Positions 29,776 through 38,110 of a stretch of DNA of 64,000 nt are shown here, one piece after another. The first letter of the stretch is position 1; each line of letters starts with the position of its first letter. Where the stretch lies: the IMG/VR virus record IMGVR_UViG_3300020349_000003; one strand, 5' to 3'. Source of the DNA: a virus (lineage: Duplodnaviria; Caudoviricetes). The translations under genes were made by a program, and so were the position numbers. The notes below the pieces were generated by a model, which ran no database searches, had not been told where the DNA came from, and was given only the letters and a program-made list of their open reading frames with translations.

Positions 29776-30329
29776 GCCTTTAGTATAAGAGATTGAATAG
29801 GATTTGTGGTCAGATCTTGTGACACTTTATTGAATGGCACATACAATGTACCATACTTACCAAATACTTCATTGAAGTGGGTAATATCATCACCAAGATA
29901 TATTATAGCAGATTGAAATGGTGATGCACTCTTAGCATCACCAAATCTCATGCGTTTGTTAATAGCAATCCAAGGATAATTGCAACATGATTTCCACCAT
30001 TTAGTAGATACATCTAGTTTAATTAATAACACTAACTCCTTAGCATTTCCCTGTTCATATTGTGATACAGCGTATGGAATCCATTCCTTACTATTACTAT
30101 AAGGATGATTAACAAACACTTTACCATGCCATTTATGTAATAAACCATCATCACTTTCATCATAATAGTTATTAGCAGGTACATTAGGATTGTCCTTACT
30201 ATTACAACATGGGTCGAGGTCAATCGTACCAAAGAACTTAACAACATCTCCTACAAAATCAGTAGGAGTGTTCCATTTATCAGTACGATTACCAGTCGTT
30301 TGTGTTAATGCTTGAAGAGCAGTTGTCAT
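29772..30329 (-). CDS. Phage DNA N6-adenine methyltransferase (phage Dam family)
   Basis: DKWNTP...IDLDPC...DDGL...W.GKVFVNHPYS...RMRF; motif IV reads NHPY. Confidence 0.85.
   Translation of the reverse strand: MTTALQALTQTTGNRTDKWNTPTDFVGDVVKFFGTIDLDPCCNSKDNPNVPANNYYDESDDGLLHKWHGKVFVNHPYSNSKEWIPYAVSQYEQGNAKELVLLIKLDVSTKWWKSCCNYPWIAINKRMRFGDAKSASPFQSAIIYLGDDITHFNEVFGKYGTLYVPFNKVSQDLTTNPIQSLILKA
29782..29840 (-). promoter_or_regulatory. Early promoter with palindrome, inside the Dam-like gene 3' end
   Basis: TATACT 29782-87; GTGACA-N10-TGGCAC 29819-40. Confidence 0.75.
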
Positions 30330-31334
30330 TTAATCAATAACTAAATTGTATTTTTTAAGTAATTCTTCACCTATAGATGTAGAATTAGGGTCATCATTAT
30401 GTTCTTTAATGATACGCAATGCACCAACAATTCCTGTTGTAGAACCAGAGATACCTTCATACCATGTAGTTCTCTTTTTAAGGATTAACTTGTTATCAAT
30501 GTAATCATTGATAGATACTAACTTCTCTTTAGCACCACCTCCTATCTTAGCATCTTTAATGAATTTGTAAAGTGTTGATAGAATAATAACCATATCACTA
30601 CGAATAGCAGTTACTATTTTCTTTTGATTCTTTGGTTGTCTCCAATTCTGGTGTTCTTGTAGTTGAACTAACTTAGCACATGCCTTAGATACTATGGATA
30701 CACCAAATTTGTTAATTGCTTGCCTCCATTGATACTCTCCAGTCATGGGACATCCTGATTCATCACCAAGATAATCATATCCATCAATGTAAACACCACA
30801 TTCAACTAGATTATCATTATATTTAACAGCATCAGGCAATCCAAATGCCAAACCTGCTTTCATTTTATCTACATGAGTTGGGTCTTTACGATTGTTATTT
30901 AAAGCATAGAATATTGCTGCTTCTATTTCTATACAATCATCAAGAGATCTATGTGGGGGATGTTCAATAAAAAGACATGGAAGAAGTTCGGGATCACCTC
31001 CTTCTGTTGCTGCTAGGTCTAATATTGCTGTATGTTGTCCATCAACATCAACAAGTTTGCCATTAGGTCTAATTGCAACAATTAAAGGTCTTGCAAAGTG
31101 TCTTTGAAAACTTCCATAAATGTTGAGTTGTAGAGTTGAAATTAATCGTTGTACTCTACGAGATACAAATAATTTTCGAGGGTCTACTTGACCTGCTTTT
31201 AACCAATCACCAAAAATTCCTTTTTCAATTTTTAGTTTTGATTTTATGTCATTAAAAATCGAGGTCAACGACACTAAGTCATCATCCTCGTCATTAAAAT
31301 CTTCTGGACCTTCTAGGTACGGTATAGTTGTCAT
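30330..31334 (-). CDS. ParB/DGQH(R)-superfamily-like protein
   Basis: VQRLIS...RPLIVAIRPNGKLVDVDGQHT...EAAIFYALN. Confidence 0.65.
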   Translation of the reverse strand: MTTIPYLEGPEDFNDEDDDLVSLTSIFNDIKSKLKIEKGIFGDWLKAGQVDPRKLFVSRRVQRLISTLQLNIYGSFQRHFARPLIVAIRPNGKLVDVDGQHTAILDLAATEGGDPELLPCLFIEHPPHRSLDDCIEIEAAIFYALNNNRKDPTHVDKMKAGLAFGLPDAVKYNDNLVECGVYIDGYDYLGDESGCPMTGEYQWRQAINKFGVSIVSKACAKLVQLQEHQNWRQPKNQKKIVTAIRSDMVIILSTLYKFIKDAKIGGGAKEKLVSINDYIDNKLILKKRTTWYEGISGSTTGIVGALRIIKEHNDDPNSTSIGEELLKKYNLVID

Positions 31335-31405
31335 ATTCGTGACTATGTAAACGGTTGGGTCGTTAGTTTAATGACGTGGAACAATTTCCTTTGCGGTCAG
31401 TAGTA

Positions 31406-31434
31406 ATTATATAAGATAAATCAAAAAATGTCAA
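31406..31434 (-). promoter_or_regulatory. Consensus sigma70 promoter
   Basis: Perfect TTGACA-N17-TATAAT upstream of the DGQH and methylase genes; no palindrome. Confidence 0.8.
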
Positions 31435-31459
31435 TAATATTATAAATCTTCAACATTTC

Positions 31460-32068
31460 TTAATCAAATAATAACTTCTCAAACTTTGTTGTTAGATAAA
31501 ATCCCATGTACTTATTCTTTAGTTGCTGACCATTATATACTAATGGAGTGTACTTACCTGTTTTCTTATTCGGACTTGCTTTAGTTCTAATTTGTAATAG
31601 TTTGTTAACTCCATTCTTATCTCTAGGTCCATTAAATGTTCTTAATTGTTCACCATTATTATATGCTGAACGAACACAATCACTAATGTAATCCCAATCT
31701 TCAGATAATTTATCAAATATCAAAGGATGTGTATATCTATTGAAAATAAGATCTCTATCAAACTTATCGTCTTTAGTGAATCTAATAAACCAGCAATTAC
31801 TTAACTTTGTAAATACTTTACTCTGTTTAAATGATACTCCATTAATCAGTTCATCTAAAACATGTAATAATTGAGTAACAGCAATAGTTTGTCTTGATTT
31901 AAATGATTTACCTTCACCATCATCAAAATCAAGTAGACCAGAGCATAAGTCTTTACCTAATAGTTGTTCAAGTTCTTGTCCTCTCTTGCCTTTGTTTTTA
32001 CCATCATAGTTAGGTATCAAACTTTTATCAAGAGAGTCAAACTTAGATTTCGCTTCTCGAAGTAACAT
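31460..32068 (-). CDS. MutH/Sau3AI-family PD-(D/E)xK endonuclease
   Basis: NKGKRGQELEQLLG...LDF.DGEGKS, SKVFTKL, LSEDWDYI, LLQIRTKAS, GFYLTTKF match MutH-family blocks; start probably MLLREAK. Confidence 0.8.
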   Translation of the reverse strand: MLLREAKSKFDSLDKSLIPNYDGKNKGKRGQELEQLLGKDLCSGLLDFDDGEGKSFKSRQTIAVTQLLHVLDELINGVSFKQSKVFTKLSNCWFIRFTKDDKFDRDLIFNRYTHPLIFDKLSEDWDYISDCVRSAYNNGEQLRTFNGPRDKNGVNKLLQIRTKASPNKKTGKYTPLVYNGQQLKNKYMGFYLTTKFEKLLFD

Positions 32069-32087
32069 GACAATAATAAAATAGCTA

Positions 32088-32243
32088 GCGGATGTTAGTT
32101 CTTTCTTCGGTTGCGAACCGAGAGGCACATCCATCTCCTCGTTAATAGGTGAGCGAAAACAAAACTGAGAGACATTGCATTACCCCAACAGTCATGTGAC
32201 TGCTTCTAAGTCAGTCTAGTCGGGAACTCGTTTGTTTTCGCTT
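32088..32243 (-). ncRNA. Structured 5' leader / candidate ncRNA
   Basis: 12-bp perfect stem 32152-63/32231-42 enclosing inner helices; second hairpin GGATGT/ACATCC 32090-132; begins at the predicted TSS. Confidence 0.6.
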
Positions 32244-32247
32244 CTCT

Positions 32248-32304
32248 ATTATAATAGATCTCGTTGCCTTGTGTCAACTAGGTGGACAGTTTACTCACTG
32301 CCAT
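32248..32304 (-). promoter_or_regulatory. Early promoter with degenerate palindrome
   Basis: TTGACA (32272-77)-N18-TATAAT (32248-53); TGGACA-N10-TGCCAT 32283-304. Confidence 0.75.
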
Positions 32305-32497
32305 ATCCTAAATGCAATTTCTGTATCATACCCTCAAGTTGATACCTCACCTCCTGATATGCTTCAGCAGTTAGTATCTTCTCTTTCTTTGCTTTAACTT
32401 CCAACTCTTTAATATATGATAAGAAAGCATCTTTTAACAGTTGTTTCTCTCTATCATTTAATAGTATGCACTCAGGCAATTCGATGTCCATCGTCAA
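32291..32497 (-). CDS. Hypothetical protein
   Basis: 68 aa ORF, coupled. Confidence 0.65.
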   Translation of the reverse strand: MTMDIELPECILLNDREKQLLKDAFLSYIKELEVKAKKEKILTAEAYQEVRYQLEGMIQKLHLGYGSE

Positions 32498-32799
32498 TAC
32501 TCCCTTTTGTCTGCATAATAATCACCCAATGCACCACTCATTAGAGTTTCACTAATATCACCGTTAGGTGTACTAATAGTTGGTTCAATGTGATTATTCT
32601 TTTTACCAAATGCTAATGGTGGAGTATGTGGATTAGACATATTCCCCACCAGTTCAATTACTTGCTCACGTATCTCAAGTAATTCGTGATAACACTTTTG
32701 ATTGTGGGCACATCCCCTCAATCTATCATCAGGTTTATGTAAAGACTCCAACATAAGAGTCTTACCACGTTCCCACTTTTCTTGTTTAGTTTCAGTCAT
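32494..32799 (-). CDS. Conserved phage hypothetical protein
   Basis: 101 aa, KWERGKTLMLESLHKPD.RLRGCAHNQ.CY. Confidence 0.75.
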   Translation of the reverse strand: MTETKQEKWERGKTLMLESLHKPDDRLRGCAHNQKCYHELLEIREQVIELVGNMSNPHTPPLAFGKKNNHIEPTISTPNGDISETLMSGALGDYYADKREY

Positions 32800-32938
32800 T
32801 AACTCTGAGTTGTGTATTCTATTTCTACTCCATCAAATGAAGCATCATCATACTCTAGGTCTGGGTTGGTGTCTTCATAAAATGTTTCGGGGAATAAACC
32901 ATGAGATTGATTAGATACATCAACTCCTGGTATTTTAC

Positions 32939-33106
32939 TTACCTTGTCCATTTTTCTTCCTCATAATTATTAGGTTTAGGTTTAGAACGATTGTTGTCAT
33001 CTCTAAATTCAGAACGATTAAGTCCCCTTTGACGCTTATCTCGTAGTGATTTACCTGGAGAAGAGTATCCTCTTTCTGAACCACCACGCCTATAAGTTTT
33101 GCCCAT
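32939..33106 (-). CDS. Small basic hypothetical protein, 55 aa
   Basis: Read by eye: MGKTYRRGGSERGYSSPGKSLRDKRQRG... Confidence 0.6.
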   Translation of the reverse strand: MGKTYRRGGSERGYSSPGKSLRDKRQRGLNRSEFRDDNNRSKPKPNNYEEEKWTR

Positions 33107-33147
33107 GTGTCTGAAAATTCACATTTACTGAACTACAAATTATATAT

Positions 33148-33375
33148 CTAGTTTCTGTCTTCTCCTGCTAAGTGTTCTAATTCGGCAATCACTCTTGGAT
33201 TTGTGTAATCAGTTCTATCATATGCTTTAATAACTCTTAAATCATTAAAACAAAATCCACTACCTTTAAGGAAGTCTTGAACGTGGTCAACTACATCATC
33301 AATGTAGTTACCGTTGAAGGATTTGGTAGTTGTTACTCCTTCATCGTCAGTCGATTGCAAATAAAATGAGGGCAT
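33148..33375 (-). CDS. Hypothetical protein
   Basis: 75 aa, DDVVDHVQDFLKGSGF. Confidence 0.7.
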   Translation of the reverse strand: MPSFYLQSTDDEGVTTTKSFNGNYIDDVVDHVQDFLKGSGFCFNDLRVIKAYDRTDYTNPRVIAELEHLAGEDRN

Positions 33376-33396
33376 CTGTCTATTGAATACTTTGCC

Positions 33397-33453
33397 AGTA
33401 TAACAGATAGTTGCCCTCTTTGTCTATAGGTGTGACAGTTTATGTTTTGGTTA
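33397..33453 (-). promoter_or_regulatory. Early promoter with half-palindrome (start of the early region)
   Basis: TAGACA-N18-TATACT; GTGACA half-site at 33432-37. Confidence 0.6.
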
Positions 33454-34783
33454 TCTTAATATATCCGTTACCTGAATATCCTCCACCATCTTGTCCACTG
33501 TTACCACCTTGAGTATTTTGAGCAGAAGTTCCTGTATTGTATGAACCTCCTCCACCACCACAGTGACCATAACTACTCCATGAACCACCAGTACATCCTC
33601 CAGTCCATCCTCCAGCAGCACCAGGAGATGTTAAATTACCTCCTCCACCACCACCAAATCCACCTCTATTACCTTGACCAGAACCTGTATAGCAATGGTC
33701 ACCTCTTCCTCCTATCATTCCATTATTCCAACTTCTACCACCTTGAACACCACCACAATGCCCAGAACCATCTTGACCATTAGTATTATAACCTCCTCCA
33801 GCACCACCAACGTGGGGACCACATCTACTACCACCATTTCCTGGTGATGGTTGACTTGGTTGACAATAGCAACTGGTACGTCCACCATATTCTCCAGATC
33901 TACCGTAAGCATGTGATGTTGGTCTTCCACATGACCACCCATAAGAACCACCCATTGAACCACCACCACCTCCAGCAGAAATGATTAATTGATTAGCGGT
34001 TTTATTCTTAACAAATGAACCACCTCCACCACCTGCTTCATTTCTATGTGGTGAATAGTATTGATTACCACCCACACCTACAACTAATTCCAATTCTGTT
34101 TCTTTTGTTAGTGCAAACGTTCCTTTAATTTTAGCACCCCAGAAGTCATACTGACCACCACCTAAATCTCGACCACCTCTAGCACCACCACATTCTATTT
34201 CGTAATTACCATCTTCAGGAACAGTCCATTGTTGATACCCTCTCTTAGTCCCTTGCTTCATGTAAGTACCATCATTCCAAGGTTCACCAGAATATGCGTT
34301 CTGTATTTGAGACTCAGTTGGTCCTTCATACTCACCTCTACTTACAATAGATTTAAATGTATATGAAGTGAAATCAAATAATGAACCACCTCCACCAGCA
34401 CCAAATGGTGTTATCCATCCCATTGTGCCAGGATCTTCCTCATTATCACCTGGTTCTCCAGGATCCCAATATATTTCTATTACACTACTATCAGTATTAT
34501 ATCCTACTCTACCATCAACCAAACCTGTAGTTGGTCTCGTATTATCATCCCATGTTGGAAGCACATCCATTGCTCTACCAACTGCCACCCATGAACTACC
34601 GTTCCAAACTATCAATTGTTCTAATGTCGAATCGTATATACAACAACCAGCATCCGAACCAGTTAATGATGTAGGTCTTTGAGCAGTAGTAAAAACTGGA
34701 AATCCGATTCCACCATCTCCTGTAACCATACTGGTTGCAGTTATGTTTATTGAATTTACTCTAGCAGCACTAAATTGAGACAT
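33440..34783 (-). CDS. Glycine-rich adhesin/tail-fibre-like protein
   Basis: Two N-terminal 'RPt..G...YN....E.wnG.W' fibre modules; Gly-rich C-terminal domain nearly identical to 36780..38075. Confidence 0.75.
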   Translation of the reverse strand: MSQFSAARVNSINITATSMVTGDGGIGFPVFTTAQRPTSLTGSDAGCCIYDSTLEQLIVWNGSSWVAVGRAMDVLPTWDDNTRPTTGLVDGRVGYNTDSSVIEIYWDPGEPGDNEEDPGTMGWITPFGAGGGGSLFDFTSYTFKSIVSRGEYEGPTESQIQNAYSGEPWNDGTYMKQGTKRGYQQWTVPEDGNYEIECGGARGGRDLGGGQYDFWGAKIKGTFALTKETELELVVGVGGNQYYSPHRNEAGGGGGSFVKNKTANQLIISAGGGGGSMGGSYGWSCGRPTSHAYGRSGEYGGRTSCYCQPSQPSPGNGGSRCGPHVGGAGGGYNTNGQDGSGHCGGVQGGRSWNNGMIGGRGDHCYTGSGQGNRGGFGGGGGGNLTSPGAAGGWTGGCTGGSWSSYGHCGGGGGSYNTGTSAQNTQGGNSGQDGGGYSGNGYIKITKT

Positions 34784-34809
34784 GAGAAACTATTCCTTCT
34801 TATATGTAT

Positions 34810-35949
34810 TTATTGATCTGAAGTTAGTGTATTTGGAAATGCTCTACCTTGACCCCATATGATGCGAACACCACCTACACCACCATAGGAACCATACTGG
34901 TCATTAGAACCAGCACCACCACCGTAGTTACCACCTGGAACATCTTGGTCTTGGTTTACATTACCTTGACCAGAAGAACCCCCAGATCCACCAGTACCAG
35001 CACCACCATTACTGGTAGTATTTTGACCATTAGAACCTTGACCGTTGAGACCTACGCCTCCTCCACCTCCACCATATCCTTCGGTGGAACCATATCCTCC
35101 ACCTCCTCCACCACCTGCACCATCAGAACCTCTACCCCAACTTGCATTATGGTGACCACCATATCCTCCGTTTCCAGAGTATCCACCAGCACCACCTCCA
35201 CCACAAGATTGTCCTGTATCATTTAGACCGCTTCTATTACCATCTCCTCCATTACCACCGAATCCTCCACCTTGCTGTGTTCCACCCGAACCACCGAATC
35301 CTCCACCTTGACCACCGTAACCTGGTCTATTAGCAGAACCATTTCTATCTCTACCAGTTCCACCTCCACCTCCACCATAAACAGTAGCAACGTCTATAAA
35401 ATGTGAAGTACCACCATTACCAGCATAATTTCCTGAAGATGCTGGTGTTCCTTTTGCTCCTACTTGTACTTGATAACTCTGACCTGGTTCTACAGGTATA
35501 AGATTTGCCCATCCGAGACCAGCACCACCACCTGCACCTTGTTCATCTCTGGTAGAACCTCCACCACCACCAACACATACTACTGAAACTTCATATACAT
35601 TTTCAGGACATGTCCAGTTTGATGTTCCAGCAGATGTATATGCTTGTTGACCTACATCAGTTGTTTCACCAGAACCAGCACCTCCAGCACCTCCTACTGG
35701 GGGTTGTACTATTAATAACCAATCACTACCATCATATACTTCTACCCCTAACTTAGTTTCATTAATTCTTATCATCCCCTTTTGAGGACTACTAGGTCTT
35801 TCCGCAGTAGTTCCTGAAGGTATGCAGATTTGTCCACCATCTCCAGTCTCCAACTTACCTTGAATATTAAGATGCGAAGTAGAATCCATCTGGATCTTCA
35901 TGTGAGTCTGTTCGGCACCCAATAATTTATTGGCACGTACTATACTCAT
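34810..35949 (-). CDS. Glycine-rich adhesin/tail-fibre-like protein
   Basis: PSGTTAERPSSP module; WTCPENVYEVSVVCVGGGGG...GGVRIIWG Gly-rich domain. Confidence 0.75.
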   Translation of the reverse strand: MSIVRANKLLGAEQTHMKIQMDSTSHLNIQGKLETGDGGQICIPSGTTAERPSSPQKGMIRINETKLGVEVYDGSDWLLIVQPPVGGAGGAGSGETTDVGQQAYTSAGTSNWTCPENVYEVSVVCVGGGGGSTRDEQGAGGGAGLGWANLIPVEPGQSYQVQVGAKGTPASSGNYAGNGGTSHFIDVATVYGGGGGGTGRDRNGSANRPGYGGQGGGFGGSGGTQQGGGFGGNGGDGNRSGLNDTGQSCGGGGAGGYSGNGGYGGHHNASWGRGSDGAGGGGGGGYGSTEGYGGGGGGVGLNGQGSNGQNTTSNGGAGTGGSGGSSGQGNVNQDQDVPGGNYGGGAGSNDQYGSYGGVGGVRIIWGQGRAFPNTLTSDQ

Positions 35950-36452
35950 TATTCTACCCCTTCAGGTTTTCCAGTCTCTGCATTATTAAGTCCAGTCTCA
36001 ATTGGACCAGTAGCAGGTTCATTTTCATCAGTATGATCATCTATGGTCTTTGCTTTCGCCTCTGCTACTTTTGCTGCTTCTGCTTTTGCTACTGCCATAA
36101 TTGCTTCATCATCCACCTCTCGTATCTCTTCATCATCTCTTTCTAATATTAAATTACCATCTTCATCTGTCTCTGCATCCCTCAATATATCTTCTTTAGT
36201 AGGTTTATCCTTTAAACCATGTCCAGTGAATCCAATTAAAGACTCTGTATTAATATCATCTTTACTCTGCTCTACAACTACTCCTGATTCAACATCGGCA
36301 GGTGCTATGGTTGACTCCCCAATAACTTCAGTAAATTGCATAAGAAGATTTAACTTATATTCAACCGCTTTAGCTACTTGTGCCTCCAAATCTATAATCT
36401 TCCTATTTGCATCAGAAATAAGAGTTTTCATTTGTTCTACTGATCTTCCCAT
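35949..36452 (-). CDS. Acidic hypothetical protein
   Basis: 167 aa, after a late promoter. Confidence 0.7.
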   Translation of the reverse strand: MGRSVEQMKTLISDANRKIIDLEAQVAKAVEYKLNLLMQFTEVIGESTIAPADVESGVVVEQSKDDINTESLIGFTGHGLKDKPTKEDILRDAETDEDGNLILERDDEEIREVDDEAIMAVAKAEAAKVAEAKAKTIDDHTDENEPATGPIETGLNNAETGKPEGVE

Positions 36453-36481
36453 TGTCTAATCCAATAACGGTTATCTCAAGT

Positions 36482-36489
36482 TATTTATA
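36482..36489 (-). promoter_or_regulatory. T4 late promoter TATAAATA
   Basis: Perfect consensus, intergenic. Confidence 0.75.
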
Positions 36490-36780
36490 TCACCACTTCT
36501 TAATGGGACAAGTTGCATCAGGCATTTTACTTTTAGTTTTCATTATACAAAAACATTTATTGCACATATCATTAGCAATATCATAAGCATCACACTTATT
36601 ACATATTGATAATCTTTCTGCTTGATGTTCAGGTCTCACAAACATAATGGGTTTACCAATTTCAGATAGAGTCCCATCTGCCCACTCCAATACTCTATCC
36701 GAATACCAAGTGGGCATAAAAGTTGGTGGGTTTGGAGTTGGTGGTGGTAACTTAGAAAGATCTATACCGTCAAAATTCAT
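36490..36780 (-). CDS. Cys-rich small protein (DUF6171-like)
   Basis: RLSICNKC...CNKCFCIMKTK...CPIKKW. Confidence 0.75.
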   Translation of the reverse strand: MNFDGIDLSKLPPPTPNPPTFMPTWYSDRVLEWADGTLSEIGKPIMFVRPEHQAERLSICNKCDAYDIANDMCNKCFCIMKTKSKMPDATCPIKKW

Positions 36781-38075
36781 TACTTCTTAGTAATCTTAAT
36801 GTATCCGTTACCTTGATATTGTCCACCAGTTGTTCCTGAATTACCACCTTGAGTATTATCAGAAGCAGTTCCACCATTATAGGAACCTCCACCACCTCCA
36901 CAGTGACCATAACTAGACCAGTTACCACCAGTACATCCACCAGTCCAACCACCTGCACCACCAGGACTTGTGAGGTTTCCACCTCCTCCTCCACCGAATC
37001 CACCAGAGTTACCTTGACCATTATTAGGAGAATAACAATGATCTCCTCTACCACCTATCATTCCATTATTCCAACTTCTACCTCCCTGTACACCTCCGCA
37101 ATGTCCAGAACCATCTTGACCATTCGTATTATATCCACCACCAGCACCACCTACATGAGGACCACATCTACTACCACCGTTACCTGGTGATGGTTGACTT
37201 GGTTGGCAATAGCAACTATAACGACCACCGTACTCTCCAGATCTACCATAAGCATGACTTGTTGGTCTACCACAACTCCATCCATAACCACCACCCATTG
37301 AACCGCCAGCACCTCCAGCGATAATCATATGCTGGTTTGTAGTAGCGTTCTTAACAAATGAACCTCCACCTCCACCACATGAATTTCTATGAGGTGAATA
37401 GTATTGGTTACCACCAACACCAACAACCATTTCCAATTCTGTTTCTTTGGTTAATGCAAACGTTCCTTTAATCTTAGCACCCCAGAAGTCATATTGACCT
37501 CCACCCAAATCTCTACCACCTCTAGCACCACCACACTCTATCTCATAATTACCATCTTCAGGCACAGTCCACTTTTGAAAACCTTGAGCAGCACCTTGCT
37601 TGAAAAATGTACCATCATTCCATGCTTCACTTCCATACTCACTCTGCATCTGAGCAAATGTTGGTCCATCATACTGACCTCTAGGTACAATAGACTTAAA
37701 AGTAAAACTATTAAATTCAAATAATGGACCACCAGCACCGTCAGCAGATGAACCAAATAATAACCAATCAGAACCATTAAAAATTTCTGCCTGTGATGTA
37801 GTGGTATTAAAACCAAACTGTGCAACTGAAGGAGATGATGGACGTGTCTCTGTTGTCCATGTTCGCATATTACCAGCACCCAAACTTAACCAAGACGTAC
37901 CTTTCCAGACCTCAACATCAGTTCCAGTTGTGTTGTATATAACCGTTCCTGGTTCGGCACTAGCAGGTTTACCTGAATCCGCATAATTTGGTGCTTTAAG
38001 AGCACCGCCAGCAGACACAACTCCTGTTGCGTGTACATCCTGCCCATTAATTGTGTCTACGTTTAAGGTACTCAT
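36780..38075 (-). CDS. Glycine-rich adhesin/tail-fibre-like protein
   Basis: Paralog of 33440..34783. Confidence 0.75.
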   Translation of the reverse strand: MSTLNVDTINGQDVHATGVVSAGGALKAPNYADSGKPASAEPGTVIYNTTGTDVEVWKGTSWLSLGAGNMRTWTTETRPSSPSVAQFGFNTTTSQAEIFNGSDWLLFGSSADGAGGPLFEFNSFTFKSIVPRGQYDGPTFAQMQSEYGSEAWNDGTFFKQGAAQGFQKWTVPEDGNYEIECGGARGGRDLGGGQYDFWGAKIKGTFALTKETELEMVVGVGGNQYYSPHRNSCGGGGGSFVKNATTNQHMIIAGGAGGSMGGGYGWSCGRPTSHAYGRSGEYGGRYSCYCQPSQPSPGNGGSRCGPHVGGAGGGYNTNGQDGSGHCGGVQGGRSWNNGMIGGRGDHCYSPNNGQGNSGGFGGGGGGNLTSPGGAGGWTGGCTGGNWSSYGHCGGGGGSYNGGTASDNTQGGNSGTTGGQYQGNGYIKITKK

Positions 38076-38100
38076 TCTTCAGTTTGCTCCTTTATATTGT

Positions 38101-38108
38101 TATTTATA
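38101..38108 (-). promoter_or_regulatory. T4 late promoter TATAAATA
   Basis: Perfect consensus, intergenic. Confidence 0.75.
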
Positions 38109-38110
38109 CG

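Noticed and set aside
20215-32134. Longest-ORF start codons in the track (e.g. 20610, 21548, 22052, 22701, 25460, 28106, 32134)
   Set aside because: They extend through promoters or upstream genes; downstream ATGs with better context were preferred.
32088-32243. tRNA or self-splicing intron
   Set aside because: No cloverleaf/TTC loop or group I/II core recognised; I recognised no tRNA gene anywhere in the window.
19811-33453. Repeated palindromes as a CRISPR-like array or as NtcA/CRP sites
   Set aside because: Copies are dispersed hundreds to thousands of bp apart and tied to -10 boxes; spacing does not match NtcA (GTA-N8-TAC) or CRP (TGTGA-N6-TCACA).
33440-38075. Diversity-generating retroelement (TR/VR) explanation of the duplicated fibre tip
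   Set aside because: No reverse transcriptase in the window; both copies are intact ORFs; differences are mostly synonymous and not adenine-specific.
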